Source of the DNA: Bigelowiella natans CCMP2755
Taxonomy: Eukaryota; Protista; Cercozoa
Direction of reading: 5' to 3'
DNA: 64,000 nucleotides
NCBI GenBank assembly: GCA_000320545.1
Contig: ADNK01001325.1
Span: 1-64,000 of the forward strand
Shown: piece by piece, positions 62,161-64,000 of the stretch
Layout: every line of letters begins with the position of its first letter
How positions within the stretch are numbered: the first letter of the stretch is position 1
Position numbers and translations under genes: made by a program
Notes under the pieces: model-generated
The model's database searches: none
What the model was told of the DNA's origin: nothing
What the model saw: the letters and a program-made list of their open reading frames with translations, nothing else

Positions 62161-63714
62161 TCATCTTCTGCGCTTTTTCAGAGACTGTGTTGCAAGATAA
62201 CCGAATTTAGTACTTGATGCGCTATTTCTTGCATCAAACTCAGCTTTCTCTGGAGTAATTCCTTTCGCAGCAGCCCCGTACCACATAGCAAGGTCCGGAT
62301 CGAGTGATAGCGATCTCTTGGATAGATTGTTCTTACTCGATTCTTGTTGCTCCTCCTTTTTGCTCGTGTCATTACATCCTAATGATACATAAATATGATT
62401 TCATTATCTCTCGATTGTTGCGTAGGCCGCGTACAATTGACTGTTACTCATGGCTGTTGTTATGTCTCTGGAAAGCTGCCCGGAGTTCAGGGTGGATGGT
62501 AGTGCCTTCTCAAAGATAATCTTGGAAGAAGTGCCCTTTGAAGCATTAGGGACAGAGATGCCCCTTTTTATACAAACAGCAGAAATCTATTATATCGCAC
62601 ACATGACCTATGGTGATGATAGCGTCGATTAGGATCATAATGGAGCAAAATCGAGCGCTACCATCAGTTCAGATCAGTCTGTGCAGAGATGAGCAGGTGT
62701 AATAAAAGGAATTTGTACAGAGACAGATGTTTACTACTTACTGCGCTATCATTCCTCGATTTTGTTCCTCATTTACCTAAATAAGCCGTAAGAGGGTATC
62801 TTTGGCTTTCGTGTCCAGCCCGGTGGATTTCCGCCCCAATAATACTTTGACTTGACGTCGTAGTAGTGCCGCCAATACTTAAAGATGAAAGAGGTGCTAA
62901 TCAATATGCTGATCATCGAGGACGATGCAATGATAAGTTCTCTTTTACTACATAATGGTAATAGAATCCAGTTTCGTGATCGTACTCCCAGGGTTCCACG
63001 ATTCCGCTGGTAGCCCTGTAGACTAGAAAGTTTTCAACATTTTCATTGATGAAGATACTTGATAATCGACATAACGACGAACATGATTTTAATGATGATG
63101 ATGACGTAGTAAATACTTTCATCTTGCTTTTGCAGATATTCTTGGTGAGCTTCCTCAGCTTTCTCAAGTCTCTTTAATCTCCCTGACTCCCTGATGGACA
63201 GAATGACAGCAAACTCGTTGAAGATTTGGAACTAATGTTATGGCCAAAAGTATCAAGGTTTGTAGTTGTGCATACTCTTCCTCGAAGGCCGATCTTTCTC
63301 TCCTATCTGCCGCTTTTTCTGCCAATCTGATGTGCTGCAAATGTATAATTTATGACGCTTTTTCTGCCAATCTGATGAGCTAAAAATGTAAAATTTATGA
63401 CGAGAAGCACAGAATCATCAGACTACTAATATCACCCGTTTTGTAGATTCATGTTTCCTGCGGGCCTCCTGAAATATTCATGCAAGTTAATACGCATCAC
63501 ACGATCACCGTCAAATCGGGTAATTCATGGGGGCGTCATGCACAAAGCATCTTCTACCAACCCTCTCTCAAGCATAACCTCTTTAATCACATTATATGAG
63601 AATTAAACAGAATTTGCGAAACTACCTGTGTATCCGGCATCCAATGATTGCACGCTTCACACATGTATTTGTTTGTAGGTTGCCAATGCTCGACAACACC
63701 CAATACGACCAACC

Positions 63715-63715
<1 letters not shown>
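62161..63715 (-). CDS. U1/matrin-type zinc finger plus OCRE domain protein (ZOP1-like splicing-associated factor); may extend beyond the window
   Basis: EHWQPTNKYMCEACNHWMPDTQ|EARRKHESTKR|H (C2H2 U1-type), and OCRE-like WEYDHETGFYYHY...HYYDVKSKYYWGG. Confidence 0.75.
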
Positions 63716-63749
<34 letters not shown>

Positions 63750-64000
63750 CGACATGTGTTTCAAAATGTACACATTCAACATACTCACTAACATGTGCTG
63801 AGCTCAATGTCACAGGGGAGATCTCTATGGCCAAGACGGCTATCACTCGAAACACTCACAAAATGATCGATTATTTTACATTGGACGACGACAAACAATC
63901 CATATAGCCCAGAGGAAGAGAGTGCTCGCTGTTAAGGAAAGGACCCAAGTTCCTCCTCTCTGCATCTCTCTAGAAGCATCTGATAGGCGTTGTTGTTGTT

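Overview
Gene-dense, intron-rich nuclear DNA of a microbial eukaryote with GT-AG introns, many of them microsatellite-filled. The taxon cannot be fixed from sequence alone. The left end is the 5' part of a young, intact Ty3/Gypsy LTR retrotransposon on the minus strand (LTR, PBS and one gag-protease-RT ORF running off the window). About 14 host genes follow: a duplicated-module membrane protein, a PLAC8 protein, a TBC Rab-GAP, an unknown secreted-type protein, an F-BAR-SH3-C2-histidine phosphatase, Strawberry notch, an Spg1/Tem1 GTPase, a TSEN54-like gene, a PPR protein, a helical unknown, an ML-like protein, an RIIa/EF-hand protein, an ankyrin-SpoU methyltransferase fusion and a U1-ZnF/OCRE protein. 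The most striking signal is non-genic. Discrete intergenic, repeat-containing domains (strongest at 3290-3824, 9360-10800, 44895-45650 and 52220-55510) have lost essentially every TpA dinucleotide except in CTAG, while CpG stays abundant. Duplicated sequences inside the window give the direction as TpA->TpG/CpA (A:T->G:C). This points to a region-targeted hypermutation process running opposite to fungal RIP. Dinucleotide counts were made by eye and exon boundaries are manual predictions.
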